IMG/VR virus record: IMGVR_UViG_3300047320_000132
Location: 67,101-131,100 of that record
Source: a virus
Lineage: Duplodnaviria > Heunggongvirae > Uroviricota > Caudoviricetes
Length of the DNA: 64,000 bases
Direction: 5' to 3' (one strand)
In this document: in pieces, positions 18,319 through 27,362 of the stretch
How the letters are laid out: every line of letters starts with the position of its first letter
How positions within the stretch are numbered: the first letter of the stretch is position 1
The notes under the pieces: model-generated
The model's input: the letters and a program-made list of their open reading frames with translations, nothing else
Told to the model about the DNA's origin: nothing
Databases searched by the model: none
Translations under genes and position numbers: made by a program

Positions 18319-18476
18319 GTCGGATAAAGAAAGCATATATAGCAGCGACGCTTTCTGCTAACGTAAAAAATACCGACGATATCATTGCTAACAGTTTCCC
18401 AGAAACCGTTATACTAAGAATTCCCTCCAAGAATTCAGGGTCTGAAATTACGGCCCGCTCCAGCAATGATACAATA

Positions 18477-20774
18477 ATGAACCTAGATAACATCGAAATT
18501 GAAGTAAAGCATATGAAGTTTGTAACCAAGAATGATGGCAGTAAAGAAGCCCAGAACCTCGACAAGCTGCACAAGTTTGCAGAGTTTGCATGTGAAGGCG
18601 TAGAGGGCGTATCTCCCTCAGAGTTGGAAATGGAAATTTCTCAGCATCTATATGACGGAATTCCTACCAAAGAGATTAATGAACAATTTGTTTCAGCCTG
18701 TAAAAGCCTTATGTCAGCAGGTAAGTATCACTATGACAAGGTTGGCGGTAAAGCTCTTTCTTACATCGTACGGAAGGAAGCCTACGGAGAATTCAAGTCT
18801 CCGAAACTGTTTGACATCGTGAGCAGGAACGTAGCCATTGGACGCTATGATCCCGACATTCCTACAATGTATACGGCAGAAGAATGGGAACAGCTTGATG
18901 CAATGATTGACCACAGTCGGGATGAATTGTTCCGTTTGGCTGGTGCAGAGCAGATGCGTATCAAGTATCTGAGTAAGAATCGTGTAACGAAGCAGATTTA
19001 CGAAAGTTTTCAGATTCCGTTTATCCTTGTCCCTGTAGTTCTATTTCGCAACGAAAAGAACCGCATGGTAGAAATCAAGAAAGCGTATGATAATCTAAGT
19101 CTGTTTGATATCAGTCAGCCTAGTCCGATTATGTCAGGCGTTCGCACGATTCTGAAGCAGTTCTCGTCGTGTGTTCTGATTGACGTTGATGATACAATTG
19201 ATAGTATCGGTGCTTCGCATCACGCAATTCTGAAGTATGTTTCGAACAAGGCAGGACTTGGTGTAAACGTTGGCCGTAATCGTGGACTTGGCGCACCGAT
19301 TAAAGGCGGAGAAGCGATTCACACCGGTGTGATTGGATTTATCAAGGATCTAACTGCGGGTACGAAAAGCTGTTCGCAAGGTGGTATGCGAGATGGTGCA
19401 GTAACGTTCAACTTTCCGATCTGGCACTACGAAGCTCCGGAACTGATTTTGCTTAAAGACTCGACCCTTCCGGTAGAGCAGACGAATCGTCAAGCAGATT
19501 ACTGTGTTCAGTTCAACAGGTTTATTTATAAACGTGTTAAAGACAATAAGGATATCTCGCTGTTCAGTCCCTATGAAACACCTGGCCTCTATGAAGCTTT
19601 CTTCAGCGATCAGGCGAAGTTTGAATATCTGTATGAGAAGTATGAGGCTGACCTTAGTATCCGTCGTCGTACGATGTCAGCACAAAAGCTATTCAACGAC
19701 TTTGTTACACAACGTAGTAACACAGGTCGTATGTATTTCAGTAACGTAGACACGGTCAATGAACGTTCGTCGTTCAAGGTACCCATCTACATGACGAATT
19801 TGTGCGTAGAGATCACTCTGCCTACGACTCCGCTTGACGATATTAAAGCAGGATTCCCGTCAGAAATTAGTATCTGTACCCTTGGTGCTATTAACTGGGG
19901 CAAGATTAACAAGCCTTCGGATTTTGAAGAACCGTGCCGTATGGCCGTCCGAATTGCAGATGCAGTACTCGACTACCAGGACTATCCAGTAGAGGCAGCA
20001 AGACAGTCTACAATGGCTCGTAGACCTATCGGTATCGGTATCATCGGCTTCGCTCACTTCCTGGCCAAGAAAGGTCTGCCGTATGACCGTATCTCGCTTG
20101 GTCTTATCGACGAGTTTGCTGAAGCCTGGTCGTATTACCTGATCAAAGCTTCTGTTGATTTGGCAAAGGAAAAGGGTCCTTGCCCGTTGTGGAAAGAAAC
20201 GAAGTATTCGGATGGTTGGTTCCCGCATATGACTCGTGCAGCTGGGCTGGATAAAATCCTGCCGCACAAGACCAGAATGCCGTGGAACGAGCTTAGAGCA
20301 GACCTGTTGAAGTATGGTATTCGTAACAGCACGCTGATGGCAGGGATGCCTAGCGAAACGAGTTCGCAGCTGTCAAACGAAACCAATGGCTTTGAAAAAG
20401 CTATGGGTCCGGTGATTGTCAAGCCGTCGAAAGATGCAGCGCCTCCGATTGCAGTACCCGAAGTTGATGAATTGATGTATGCTTATGATTGGCTGTGGGA
20501 ATCTAAAAGTCCCCGTGGTTATCTGGAAGTGACAGCAGTATTTCAAAAGCACATGGACCAAGGTATGTCCATTAATTTCTCGTATAATCCGAAGTTCTTT
20601 AAAGATGAAAAGCTTGATACAGAAACTCTTGGTAAAGACATTATGTACGCTTACAGCCTGGGCCATAAAAACGGTTATTACCAGAATACTAAAAAACCAG
20701 GCGAATCGGACATTCTGGGCTTCGTAGAAGATACAAGCGCAGCAGGTTGTGAAGGTGGCGCTTGCCACATTTGA
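18477..20774 (+). CDS. nrdA: Ribonucleotide reductase class I large subunit
   Basis: ATP-cone KFVTKNDGSKEAQNLDKLHKF. Active-site TNLCVEITLP. C-terminal Cys pair CEGGAC. The track start at 18294 overlaps a terminator hairpin, so the start at 18477 (or 18513) is preferred. Confidence 0.85.
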   Translation: MNLDNIEIEVKHMKFVTKNDGSKEAQNLDKLHKFAEFACEGVEGVSPSELEMEISQHLYDGIPTKEINEQFVSACKSLMSAGKYHYDKVGGKALSYIVRKEAYGEFKSPKLFDIVSRNVAIGRYDPDIPTMYTAEEWEQLDAMIDHSRDELFRLAGAEQMRIKYLSKNRVTKQIYESFQIPFILVPVVLFRNEKNRMVEIKKAYDNLSLFDISQPSPIMSGVRTILKQFSSCVLIDVDDTIDSIGASHHAILKYVSNKAGLGVNVGRNRGLGAPIKGGEAIHTGVIGFIKDLTAGTKSCSQGGMRDGAVTFNFPIWHYEAPELILLKDSTLPVEQTNRQADYCVQFNRFIYKRVKDNKDISLFSPYETPGLYEAFFSDQAKFEYLYEKYEADLSIRRRTMSAQKLFNDFVTQRSNTGRMYFSNVDTVNERSSFKVPIYMTNLCVEITLPTTPLDDIKAGFPSEISICTLGAINWGKINKPSDFEEPCRMAVRIADAVLDYQDYPVEAARQSTMARRPIGIGIIGFAHFLAKKGLPYDRISLGLIDEFAEAWSYYLIKASVDLAKEKGPCPLWKETKYSDGWFPHMTRAAGLDKILPHKTRMPWNELRADLLKYGIRNSTLMAGMPSETSSQLSNETNGFEKAMGPVIVKPSKDAAPPIAVPEVDELMYAYDWLWESKSPRGYLEVTAVFQKHMDQGMSINFSYNPKFFKDEKLDTETLGKDIMYAYSLGHKNGYYQNTKKPGESDILGFVEDTSAAGCEGGACHI

Positions 20775-20782
20775 GGTGAAAG

Positions 20783-20998
20783 ATGTACAATCTAGTTCTG
20801 GTTAGACACTTCGATAAGGAGTGCAGCGACATGTACACGAAAGTGACTGTCGAAATGGATGGTGAAGTTCTTCATGAATTCGGAGACTATTACCACGACA
20901 AGGGATATGAGAAGGCGTCGGCGTATACGTTGGCGTTCTTTGATCTCTTCGGAACTGACGAAGTTAAAGTCACAGACGAAGACCGAGTAGAAGATTAA
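20783..20998 (+). CDS. hypothetical small protein between nrdA and nrdB
   Basis: 71 aa. Followed by a terminator at about 21000-21030. Confidence 0.35.
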   Translation: MYNLVLVRHFDKECSDMYTKVTVEMDGEVLHEFGDYYHDKGYEKASAYTLAFFDLFGTDEVKVTDEDRVED

Positions 20999-21030
20999 CG
21001 AGAGCCGGGGAAACCCGGCTTTTTTACCAC
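20998..21030 (+). terminator. intrinsic terminator between nrdA and nrdB
   Basis: AGCCGGGGAAACCCGGCT hairpin followed by TTTTT. Confidence 0.6.
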
Positions 21031-21043
21031 TAGAAGTTGAGCA

Positions 21044-22153
21044 ATGACCCAAGCAACACCGCTACATGTATTTAAGATTCGAGATAAATCTCCGCTCGAC
21101 ACGAAGCTGTTTCTCGATGAATCAGGAACGGTGGACATTTCCCGTTCCGATATTGTGAAGTATCCGATCTTTGAAAAACAGGCTCAGAAGATGGATGAGT
21201 CCAAATGGGAACGAACAGAAGTCATTCTGACCCGAGACAAGATCGATTTTTATGATGTTCTCAGCACTAACGATCAATTCATCTTTACGTCTAATCTTAA
21301 ACGTCAGATGATGCTGGACACGATTCAAAGTCTAGGCCTTGCAGAAGCTTTGCTACCTCTGGCTTCGGATCCGATGATTAAACGTTGTATCAACATCATC
21401 ACGTATTTCGAAGAAGTTCATAATATGACGTATGAACATATTCTTAAGAACGTGTATAATGATCCGACGGAAGTAACGGAAAGCATTAAGCATATGGATC
21501 TTATCGTAAAGGCTGGCGAAAGCATCAGTCGTTACTACGATGATCTCCTTATGGAAACTGCAAAGTATCGTCTTAATATGACGACGCTTCACCAGTTGAA
21601 GAAGAAGCTCTGGTTGGCACTGCAGTCGATCAATGCTTTGGAAGGCATTCGATTCTTTGTTTCATTTGCGTGTAGTTTCTCGTTTGGTCAAACTGGTCGT
21701 ATGATTGGTAACTCCAGTCTTATCAAGTTGATTGCAAACGATGAACTATTGCATGTAGCGTTTACTACGGCTTTGCTTAGAACGTTGCCAGAAGACGACG
21801 AAGAGTTCTTTGTAATTCGTAAAGAATGCCTGGAAGAGTCCATGCATATCTTTATGGAAGTAGTGTCTGAAGAGAAGACTTTTAACAAGTTCCTTTTCCA
21901 GGAAGGTTCACTGATCGGATTGAACCAACACATGTTGGACCTGGAAATCGATCACCTGGCCGATAAGCGTATGCGTGCTGTTCATATGCAGTATCCGAAT
22001 CCCGCGCCGAAGACCCGTCCGCTTCCGTGGATGAGCAAATGGCTGAACGAAGGTGAAATGCAACCTGCACCGCAAGAGACTGAAAAGACTTCTTACGTTA
22101 AAGGCATTGTTAACACGTTGAATGAGAATTCGTTCGACGATATCGAACTATAA
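21044..22153 (+). CDS. nrdB: Ribonucleotide reductase class I small subunit
   Basis: 369 aa. Ferritin-like di-iron motifs (ELLH...E..H) and FFVSFACSFSF, as in R2 proteins. Confidence 0.85.
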   Translation: MTQATPLHVFKIRDKSPLDTKLFLDESGTVDISRSDIVKYPIFEKQAQKMDESKWERTEVILTRDKIDFYDVLSTNDQFIFTSNLKRQMMLDTIQSLGLAEALLPLASDPMIKRCINIITYFEEVHNMTYEHILKNVYNDPTEVTESIKHMDLIVKAGESISRYYDDLLMETAKYRLNMTTLHQLKKKLWLALQSINALEGIRFFVSFACSFSFGQTGRMIGNSSLIKLIANDELLHVAFTTALLRTLPEDDEEFFVIRKECLEESMHIFMEVVSEEKTFNKFLFQEGSLIGLNQHMLDLEIDHLADKRMRAVHMQYPNPAPKTRPLPWMSKWLNEGEMQPAPQETEKTSYVKGIVNTLNENSFDDIEL

Positions 22154-22396
22154 ATGAAAACTCCGGAACAGATTGAAAATCCGGATCTAACAGAACTTAG
22201 AATCATGGCTCGGGAGTATATGAGCCTTGTTTCTGGGGAAACGGCTTTTACAAAAGCCACTGCAAAGGATCTGGAAAACGCGCAGGCAGCCCTTGTCTGT
22301 TATGCGATTGAAGCGTTGTACGGTAAAGGTATTATTGAGAAGATTGCTTCCGAGGCAATCAGAGTCATGAATGAGATTATGAAAGATGAAGGCTGA
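22154..22396 (+). CDS. hypothetical protein
   Basis: 80 aa. Starts 1 nt after the nrdB stop. Confidence 0.35.
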   Translation: MKTPEQIENPDLTELRIMAREYMSLVSGETAFTKATAKDLENAQAALVCYAIEALYGKGIIEKIASEAIRVMNEIMKDEG

Positions 22397-22673
22397 GAAT
22401 ACAAACGTTGAAGTAGAAGGTCCGATGCTGGTTCAACTGGCAGATCCCGATTGGACATTGGTTAAAGGTCTTGCGGCACAAGCAGCTGAGCTGACTGCTG
22501 AAGGTAAAATGACTCAGGCTAATGACATTTACCAGAGCTTGGCTATCGAAGCAATGCACACGCTGTATGGTCCTAACGCCATTGTTAATTTCATTCAGTA
22601 TGCAATGGAACAAGAAGCGAAGAAGCAGGTCAGTCGTATTCAGACTCTTGGCGAGTATCGCTTCAAGGCATAA
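22386..22673 (+). CDS. hypothetical protein
   Basis: 95 aa, overlapping the previous ORF. Confidence 0.35.
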   Translation: MKAENTNVEVEGPMLVQLADPDWTLVKGLAAQAAELTAEGKMTQANDIYQSLAIEAMHTLYGPNAIVNFIQYAMEQEAKKQVSRIQTLGEYRFKA

Positions 22674-22675
22674 GT

Positions 22676-23455
22676 TTGGCATACGTTTATAAATGGGTAC
22701 ATACGCCTACTTTACAATGGTACGTGGGAGTGCGATATGCAACGGGATGTCACGTAGATGACGGATACATTTGCAGTTCAGAAAGTGTAAAACCAAGAAT
22801 TCTTCGCAATCCGAGTGAATGGAAAAGAGAGATAGTAGACGTTGGCGACGCTACCGAAATGCAGACTTTAGAGTTAGAGATACTACAGCTTTCCTATAAC
22901 TCTAAAGACACTAGATGCTTAAATAGAAATGCGACAAACGCCCCTCCTAGGTATCAAGGTCAAGATCACCCCTCGTTCGGAAAAGAAGCTTCAGAAGAGA
23001 CTCGTGCAAAGCAGAGCAAAACTCGGAAACGTCTTTACGAAGATTTGGAATTCTACGAAAAAAACGCAGAGAGAGCTAGGCAGGAGGGGTTTAAGAGACG
23101 AGGTATACCTACCGGACCCCATCCTGTAGACGTACGTAATAAAATAAGCGATACTTTAAAAGCCAATCCTCAAGTTATAGCTGCTTGTAAAGCACGAGCA
23201 GAATTACAGAAAGGAAAACCGAATATTAAATTAGGCAGACCTGTAGTAGGGATCTCTATTTCGAAAGATGAATCTGCTAAATATTTCATATCTGCTGGTG
23301 AAGCGGGGCGAAATGGATTTACCCAAAGTCAAATAAATAACTGTTGTAGTGGCAAGAGAAAATCTCATAAAGGCTATACCTGGAGATACGCTACGAAAGA
23401 AGAGATACTTGAACAATTTAATGAACACGCAGAAATATTACTCAGTAGGAATTGA
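22676..23455 (+). CDS. GIY-YIG homing endonuclease
   Basis: 259 aa. N-terminal VYKWVHTPTLQWYVGV is the GIY..YIG motif. C-terminal NUMOD-like DNA-binding repeats. Confidence 0.75.
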   Translation: MAYVYKWVHTPTLQWYVGVRYATGCHVDDGYICSSESVKPRILRNPSEWKREIVDVGDATEMQTLELEILQLSYNSKDTRCLNRNATNAPPRYQGQDHPSFGKEASEETRAKQSKTRKRLYEDLEFYEKNAERARQEGFKRRGIPTGPHPVDVRNKISDTLKANPQVIAACKARAELQKGKPNIKLGRPVVGISISKDESAKYFISAGEAGRNGFTQSQINNCCSGKRKSHKGYTWRYATKEEILEQFNEHAEILLSRN

Positions 23456-23960
23456 CCCAGGTTTCAAATCGTTAGGATTAGCAATTCTCAGCAAAGAAAT
23501 CAATTCAGAAAAAATCATTCTCGTCCATTCATGTACCTTGAATCCTTTCGAACTTGGTGGTATAATTCCTGCGCTTAAAGAAGTCTGTAGAATTGTAGAA
23601 AGTAAAATTCCCGACCACGAACAGGCGATGATTTACACTGGGATGGAACGCTACGTTTCGTACCAGAATGTGAACACCGCTGAGGCTGAGAACATCCTTA
23701 TGATGATCGGGGCCTTGATGGTTGGATTGAACTACTACAATAGTGCTGGAACAAAGATGGTTCGTGCTATTGAGTGGAAAACAGGCCTTGTTAAAGCTTT
23801 GTTCAAGTGGAAGAAGTTTACGAATCCAAGTGACAAGCTAGACAAGAAATTCAGCGTGGCTGCTGCTAACTGCTTAACTGATAACGCAAAGCATGAAACT
23901 AATCACGAATCTGATGCGATTTGTATCGCAGCTCTTCCGTTCGTCCCAGGCTTCAAATAA
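23421..23960 (+). CDS. RuvC-like Holliday junction resolvase
   Basis: YYSVGIDPGFKSLGLAILS is the RuvC/YqgF family N-terminal catalytic Asp motif. Start moved to Met 25 of the track ORF to avoid overlapping the upstream endonuclease. Confidence 0.6.
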   Translation: MNTQKYYSVGIDPGFKSLGLAILSKEINSEKIILVHSCTLNPFELGGIIPALKEVCRIVESKIPDHEQAMIYTGMERYVSYQNVNTAEAENILMMIGALMVGLNYYNSAGTKMVRAIEWKTGLVKALFKWKKFTNPSDKLDKKFSVAAANCLTDNAKHETNHESDAICIAALPFVPGFK

Positions 23961-23982
23961 AGACACCGAAGCACTTTGGGCT

Positions 23983-24294
23983 ATGCAACAGATCATCGTT
24001 GATCATGAGATGGACCGATTCAATCGTCCTCTTGAGCAGATTATCAACGAGGGTAGTCTTGGTAAGATCGAGGAAGAGAAACCCAAAAAGACTCAGGCTG
24101 AACTGGATTACGAACTGATGACTACAAAGTTCAATCCGGGCAGGGATTTGATCGTAATGAGTCCAGAGAGACTCGCAGCCATTCTTGAGCTTGGACGCCC
24201 CTATCCCCTGATGGCTGGGGTAACGATCGAAATGTTGTTTAAACATATTCTGGTGTTTGACGGCGTTCGAAATATCGGAATCGTAAAAAGCTGA
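23983..24294 (+). CDS. hypothetical protein
   Basis: About 100 aa once the start is trimmed to the Met after the RuvC-like gene. Confidence 0.3.
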   Translation: MQQIIVDHEMDRFNRPLEQIINEGSLGKIEEEKPKKTQAELDYELMTTKFNPGRDLIVMSPERLAAILELGRPYPLMAGVTIEMLFKHILVFDGVRNIGIVKS

Positions 24295-24297
24295 TTC

Positions 24298-24307
24298 TTT
24301 GGTATAA
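24298..24307 (+). promoter_or_regulatory. TTGGTATAAG promoter motif upstream of tRNA-Leu(TAA)
   Basis: TTTGGTATAAGAGAAGTACGG. Confidence 0.45.
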
Positions 24308-24350
24308 GAGAAGTACGGAGAAAAATTTCTCCTTGCTCTTTAACCCATAC

Positions 24351-24435
24351 CCGACTGTGGCGTAATCGGTAGCCGCAACGGACTTAAAATCCGTCGCCTT
24401 TTGGCGTACCAGTTCGAGTCTGGTCAGTCGGACCA
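24351..24435 (+). tRNA. tRNA-Leu (anticodon TAA)
   Basis: Acceptor CCGACTG/CAGTCGG. Anticodon stem ACGGA/TCCGT with loop CTTAAAA. Long variable arm. T-arm CCAG-TTCGAGT-CTGG. CCA encoded. Starts about 45 nt after a TTGGTATAAG promoter. Confidence 0.7.
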
Positions 24436-24461
24436 TTTCCATTTCTTCTTTAGGTTGCAAA

Positions 24462-24869
24462 ATGGCACTTAGCAAACAAGACGTGTTTAACAAGGTTTCG
24501 TTGCATCTGTTGAAGCAGTATGAGAAAAGCGTTGCCCCTGACGGAGAAAATCCGCATACGGGTAAGCAGATGACGAAGTGCATGTATCGTGGTAATAACG
24601 GCCTTATGTGCGCAGTTGGCTGTTTGATCCCTGACGAGTTGTACGATCCGTCAATCGAAGAACAAACCTCAAGCAGTGTAATTGCATGTGACGCACGGCT
24701 ACAGGAATTGTTTGAAGAAAATGTAATCGACGATGAAGTGTTTTTCTTGGACAGTCTTCAAATGATCCACGATAATACCCCAGTAGATGAGTGGTATCAT
24801 GAGCTGATTTACTTTGCAAAACTGAGTCTCCTCAATACCGACGTACTTTTTAACAAGGATGCAGTATGA
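24462..24869 (+). CDS. hypothetical protein
   Basis: 135 aa. Confidence 0.4.
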   Translation: MALSKQDVFNKVSLHLLKQYEKSVAPDGENPHTGKQMTKCMYRGNNGLMCAVGCLIPDELYDPSIEEQTSSSVIACDARLQELFEENVIDDEVFFLDSLQMIHDNTPVDEWYHELIYFAKLSLLNTDVLFNKDAV

Positions 24870-25120
24870 AAATCGTAATTGCAGACGGTGCCTTTGACGG
24901 CATTTCTGAAGAAGAGAAAGAAGAGATCATTGCAGAGATTAAAGCTGCGATTGCTGATGGCTCTTTCTTTAGTGAAGCAGAACCTGTTGATCTGGACCAA
25001 CTTGCAGCAGAAGATCCGGAGGCTTATGAGAAGCTTCTGAATAACATTGATAACCAGAAGGTCGAAGGTGAAGGTCAGACTTTCGAGGTTGACACTTCGT
25101 TTGGCAAGACGGTGCATTGA
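24866..25120 (+). CDS. hypothetical acidic protein
   Basis: 84 aa. ATGA overlap with the previous gene. Confidence 0.4.
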   Translation: MKIVIADGAFDGISEEEKEEIIAEIKAAIADGSFFSEAEPVDLDQLAAEDPEAYEKLLNNIDNQKVEGEGQTFEVDTSFGKTVH

Positions 25121-25485
25121 TGTTCCTCTACAAACGAAGATCAAGTTACGCCAACGGGCAAAAATACGCTTGCTTCGATTGTAGGGTTTGTTTTGCCAGT
25201 ACTCATTTCTGTCCGCATTGCAGAAAAGCTACAGTCAATGTAGGGCAGAGATTTAAAGCTCCTAAAAGAACGAACGTCAAAGAGTGGGATATCCTCGCTC
25301 TTTGGCACTACCGTTCAGACAGGAAAATTAGTATTGGTGGACGCAAACCGGCTACTCTTAAAGAGGCTAGAGAACGGTATAGTGAAACGCTCAAAGACAG
25401 GTTCGATCACAAGATCACTAAAAATGGACTTACACATAACGGGAAGTACGCTTCGTATAGCCCACCCTATGTGACTTTCAAATGA
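25117..25485 (+). CDS. hypothetical Cys-rich protein
   Basis: 122 aa with a CFDCRVC...CPHC zinc-ribbon-like motif. Confidence 0.4.
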   Translation: MMFLYKRRSSYANGQKYACFDCRVCFASTHFCPHCRKATVNVGQRFKAPKRTNVKEWDILALWHYRSDRKISIGGRKPATLKEARERYSETLKDRFDHKITKNGLTHNGKYASYSPPYVTFK

Positions 25486-25497
25486 TTCGGGGTTAAA

Positions 25498-25758
25498 ATG
25501 TCAGATACCATGAAATACATTATTATTAATGAACACTCTGCTGTAGTATTTCCCGCGAGTATCTACCATAGCGATGCAGCTGATATGGTGGGCGGCGAAC
25601 TTGGAAGTAGACATGTTACTGGAGCAGGGTATCTCGGTGCTGACGAACACGGAAAACTCTATGTGTATGGCCGCTCTGAGGGCTTTAATCTAGACTCCCG
25701 GCCTGAAGATTTGGAAGTCATTATGGGAGCGTTGCATAGGCCTTGTAAGCCGATGTGA
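25498..25758 (+). CDS. hypothetical protein
   Basis: 86 aa. Confidence 0.35.
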   Translation: MSDTMKYIIINEHSAVVFPASIYHSDAADMVGGELGSRHVTGAGYLGADEHGKLYVYGRSEGFNLDSRPEDLEVIMGALHRPCKPM

Positions 25759-25774
25759 TAAAATTGTTGACACA

Positions 25775-25806
25775 TATAGTGTTTCCGTATTAAAATCATT
25801 TTTACC
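25775..25806 (+). promoter_or_regulatory. sigma70-type promoter (TTGACA-N17-TATTAA) in front of the tRNA cluster
   Basis: TTGACACATATAGTGTTTCCGTATTAAAAT lies directly upstream of the first tRNA. Confidence 0.45.
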
Positions 25807-25820
25807 TGTCGGTGCTTTGT

Positions 25821-25893
25821 TCCGGAATAGCTCAGTTGGTAGAGCAACGCACTGTTAATGCGTGGGTCCCTGGTTCAAGTCCAGGTTTCGGAG
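25821..25893 (+). tRNA. tRNA-Asn (GTT)
   Basis: Acceptor TCCGGAA/TTTCGGA. Anticodon stem ACGCA/TGCGT, loop CTGTTAA. T-loop TTCAAGT. Confidence 0.75.
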
Positions 25894-25926
25894 CATAGCA
25901 TCGATAGGTTTAAGGGAAATTCTGGA

Positions 25927-25999
25927 GGGGATGTAGCTCCAATTGGTAGAGCAACTGCTTTGCAAGCAGAGGGTTATCGGTTCAAATCCGATCTTCTCC
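25927..25999 (+). tRNA. tRNA-Ala (TGC)
   Basis: Anticodon loop TTTGCAA. A G3-U70 wobble is present, which is the Ala identity element. T-arm ATCGG-TTCAAAT-CCGAT. Confidence 0.7.
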
Positions 26000-26004
26000 A
26001 GAAT

Positions 26005-26098
26005 TTTCTTTATGGGCCTATGGCGAAATTGATAGACGCGCTGGATTTAGGTTCCAGTGTCTTCGGACGTGTCAGTTTGAATCTGACTAGGCCTACCA
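26005..26098 (+). tRNA. tRNA-Leu (TAG)
   Basis: Acceptor GGGCCTA/TAGGCCT. Anticodon loop TTTAGGT. Long variable arm. T-arm GTCAG-TTTGAAT-CTGAC. CCA encoded. Confidence 0.75.
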
Positions 26099-26106
26099 TT
26101 ATTTGT

Positions 26107-26182
26107 TGCGGTGTAGTTCAATTGGTAGAACACCGGATTTTGATTCCGCATGTTACAGGTTCGAGTCCTGTCGCCGTTACCA
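26107..26182 (+). tRNA. tRNA-Gln (TTG)
   Basis: D-arm GTTC/GAAC. Anticodon loop TTTTGAT. T-arm ACAGG-TTCGAGT-CCTGT. The 1-72 pair is U-U, so the first pair is weak as in other Gln tRNAs. CCA encoded. Confidence 0.65.
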
Positions 26183-26193
26183 GTGTATTTTAC

Positions 26194-26284
26194 GGAAGAT
26201 TGGCAGAGTCCGGCTTATTGCACTAGTCTTGAAAACTAGCAACCACTTGACGGTGGTTCATCCGTCCAAATCGGATATCTTCCT
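26194..26284 (+). tRNA. tRNA-Ser (TGA)
   Basis: Perfect 7-bp acceptor GGAAGAT/ATCTTCC. Anticodon stem CTAGT/ACTAG, loop CTTGAAA. Long variable arm. T-loop TCCAAAT, with C rather than U at position 55. Confidence 0.7.
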
Positions 26285-26294
26285 AAAGTACATT

Positions 26295-26369
26295 GTCACA
26301 TTCGACTATCGACTAGGTCAACACCCTTTCACGGTGTAGAGATGGGTTTGATTCCCATATGTGACTCCA
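26295..26369 (+). tRNA. tRNA-Glu (TTC), non-canonical D- and T-loops
   Basis: Acceptor GTCACAT/ATGTGAC. Anticodon stem ACACC/GGTGT, loop CTTTCAC. The D-loop has no GG and the T-loop is TTTGATT with no C56. The same paired deviation appears in the Asp and Pro tRNAs. Confidence 0.55.
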
Positions 26370-26373
26370 GAAT

Positions 26374-26460
26374 AGAAACTTGGGGGAGTGGATTAACCCA
26401 GCACCCTGCTAAGGTGCCAGCTCTTATTAGGGCTCATCCGTCCGAATCGGATAGTTTCTG
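26374..26460 (+). tRNA. tRNA-Ser (GCT)
   Basis: Perfect acceptor AGAAACT/AGTTTCT. Anticodon stem GCACC/GGTGC, loop CTGCTAA. Long variable arm. T-loop TCCGAAT. Confidence 0.7.
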
Positions 26461-26462
26461 AG

Positions 26463-27017
26463 TTAATCGATTTTTAATTTGAAGTGTTTGACGACCTCTA
26501 CACATAGTTGTTGAAATTCTTCTAATGACAAATCGCCTTTAGCAACGTTGGCTGCTTTGCAAGCAAAATTGCAGTTTTCTAAAGTCCCCGGTCCACCTTT
26601 AGATCTAGGGACAATATGATCTAGATGATATTCTGACGTTTTGTGTAGATCTATATCTCTTCCCGTAAGGTAACACTTACCAGTAAATTTGGAGAGAAGG
26701 TCTTCCCAATTAAAAGAATCCGGAGTAAGCCTGGTTACTTGTCTACCTTTAGAGTCTTTAGTTTGAAAATCTCTAATTTTATCGTGGACTGGTTTTTTAA
26801 CTTGACCGCTTGCAGCGATAAATCGTTCCTTCTTTTGAAGAAGAGGATTATTCTTACGGAGTTCTTTGGTGCGATCTCTTACTTTTTGTTTTTGCCCATC
26901 ACCCAAGTGATAGGATATGGTAGCCTTAGAGCAATTAAGCTGTTTTTTAATTTCTGAGTATGAAGCGCCCTGCTCTCTCAGTGATTTGATTTGTTGTTCA
27001 AGAGTTGTATTTAACAT
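26463..27017 (-). CDS. HNH homing endonuclease with N-terminal HTH, inside the tRNA cluster
   Basis: 184 aa. HLDHIVPRSKGG...NCNFACKAAN is an HNH motif. The N-terminal helix-turn-helix resembles sigma region 4. It is the only credible - strand gene in the window. Confidence 0.75.
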   Translation of the reverse strand: MLNTTLEQQIKSLREQGASYSEIKKQLNCSKATISYHLGDGQKQKVRDRTKELRKNNPLLQKKERFIAASGQVKKPVHDKIRDFQTKDSKGRQVTRLTPDSFNWEDLLSKFTGKCYLTGRDIDLHKTSEYHLDHIVPRSKGGPGTLENCNFACKAANVAKGDLSLEEFQQLCVEVVKHFKLKID

Positions 27018-27080
27018 AGTTCGAATCCTTAATATGAATTATAAAAGATTCGAACCTTAAATGCAAATAGTTATTAATAC

Positions 27081-27165
27081 CGGTGTGTGGGTGAGTGGTT
27101 AAAACCAGCAGACTGTAAATCTGCCGCCTCTGGCTTCGATAGTTCGAATCTATCCGCACCGACCA
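27081..27165 (+). tRNA. tRNA-Tyr (GTA)
   Basis: Acceptor CGGTGTG/CGCACCG. Anticodon stem GCAGA/TCTGC, loop CTGTAAA. Long variable arm, as in bacterial Tyr tRNAs. T-arm GATAG-TTCGAAT-CTATC. CCA encoded. Confidence 0.75.
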
Positions 27166-27179
27166 AACAGAGAAGAATT

Positions 27180-27362
27180 ATGTCTTCTAAAACAACGCAG
27201 TACAAGGACATGGTCCTGTCTACCAACACAGATCTTTTCAAAGCAGTTCAGGACGGTGAAACTGAAAAAGCTGCGCAGATGTACAAAGATCTGAACGACG
27301 CCTTCTATAAAGCTAACCCTGGGTGGAAGCCCTATCCTTCGAAGGTGAAACATGTCGCATAA
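27180..27362 (+). CDS. hypothetical small protein
   Basis: 61 aa from the internal Met. The upstream part of the track ORF overlaps tRNA-Tyr. Confidence 0.3.
   Translation: MSSKTTQYKDMVLSTNTDLFKAVQDGETEKAAQMYKDLNDAFYKANPGWKPYPSKVKHVA

Noticed and set aside
18294-18476. The 5' extension of the nrdA ORF back to 18294, and similar long N-terminal extensions of ORFs at 30483, 32978, 36160, 23349 and 28924.
   Set aside because: The extensions run through terminator hairpins, tRNA genes or the 3' ends of upstream genes. Internal Met codons with RBS-like sequences give proteins that start at conserved N-terminal motifs such as the ATP cone, a signal peptide, or METKEIN.
25858-26339. Track ORFs 25858-26226 and 26103-26339 (+), and 44090-44365 and 44232-44876 (-), overlapping tRNA clusters.
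   Set aside because: They are built from tRNA gene sequence, and no RBS fits. The tRNA cloverleaves account for the sequence.
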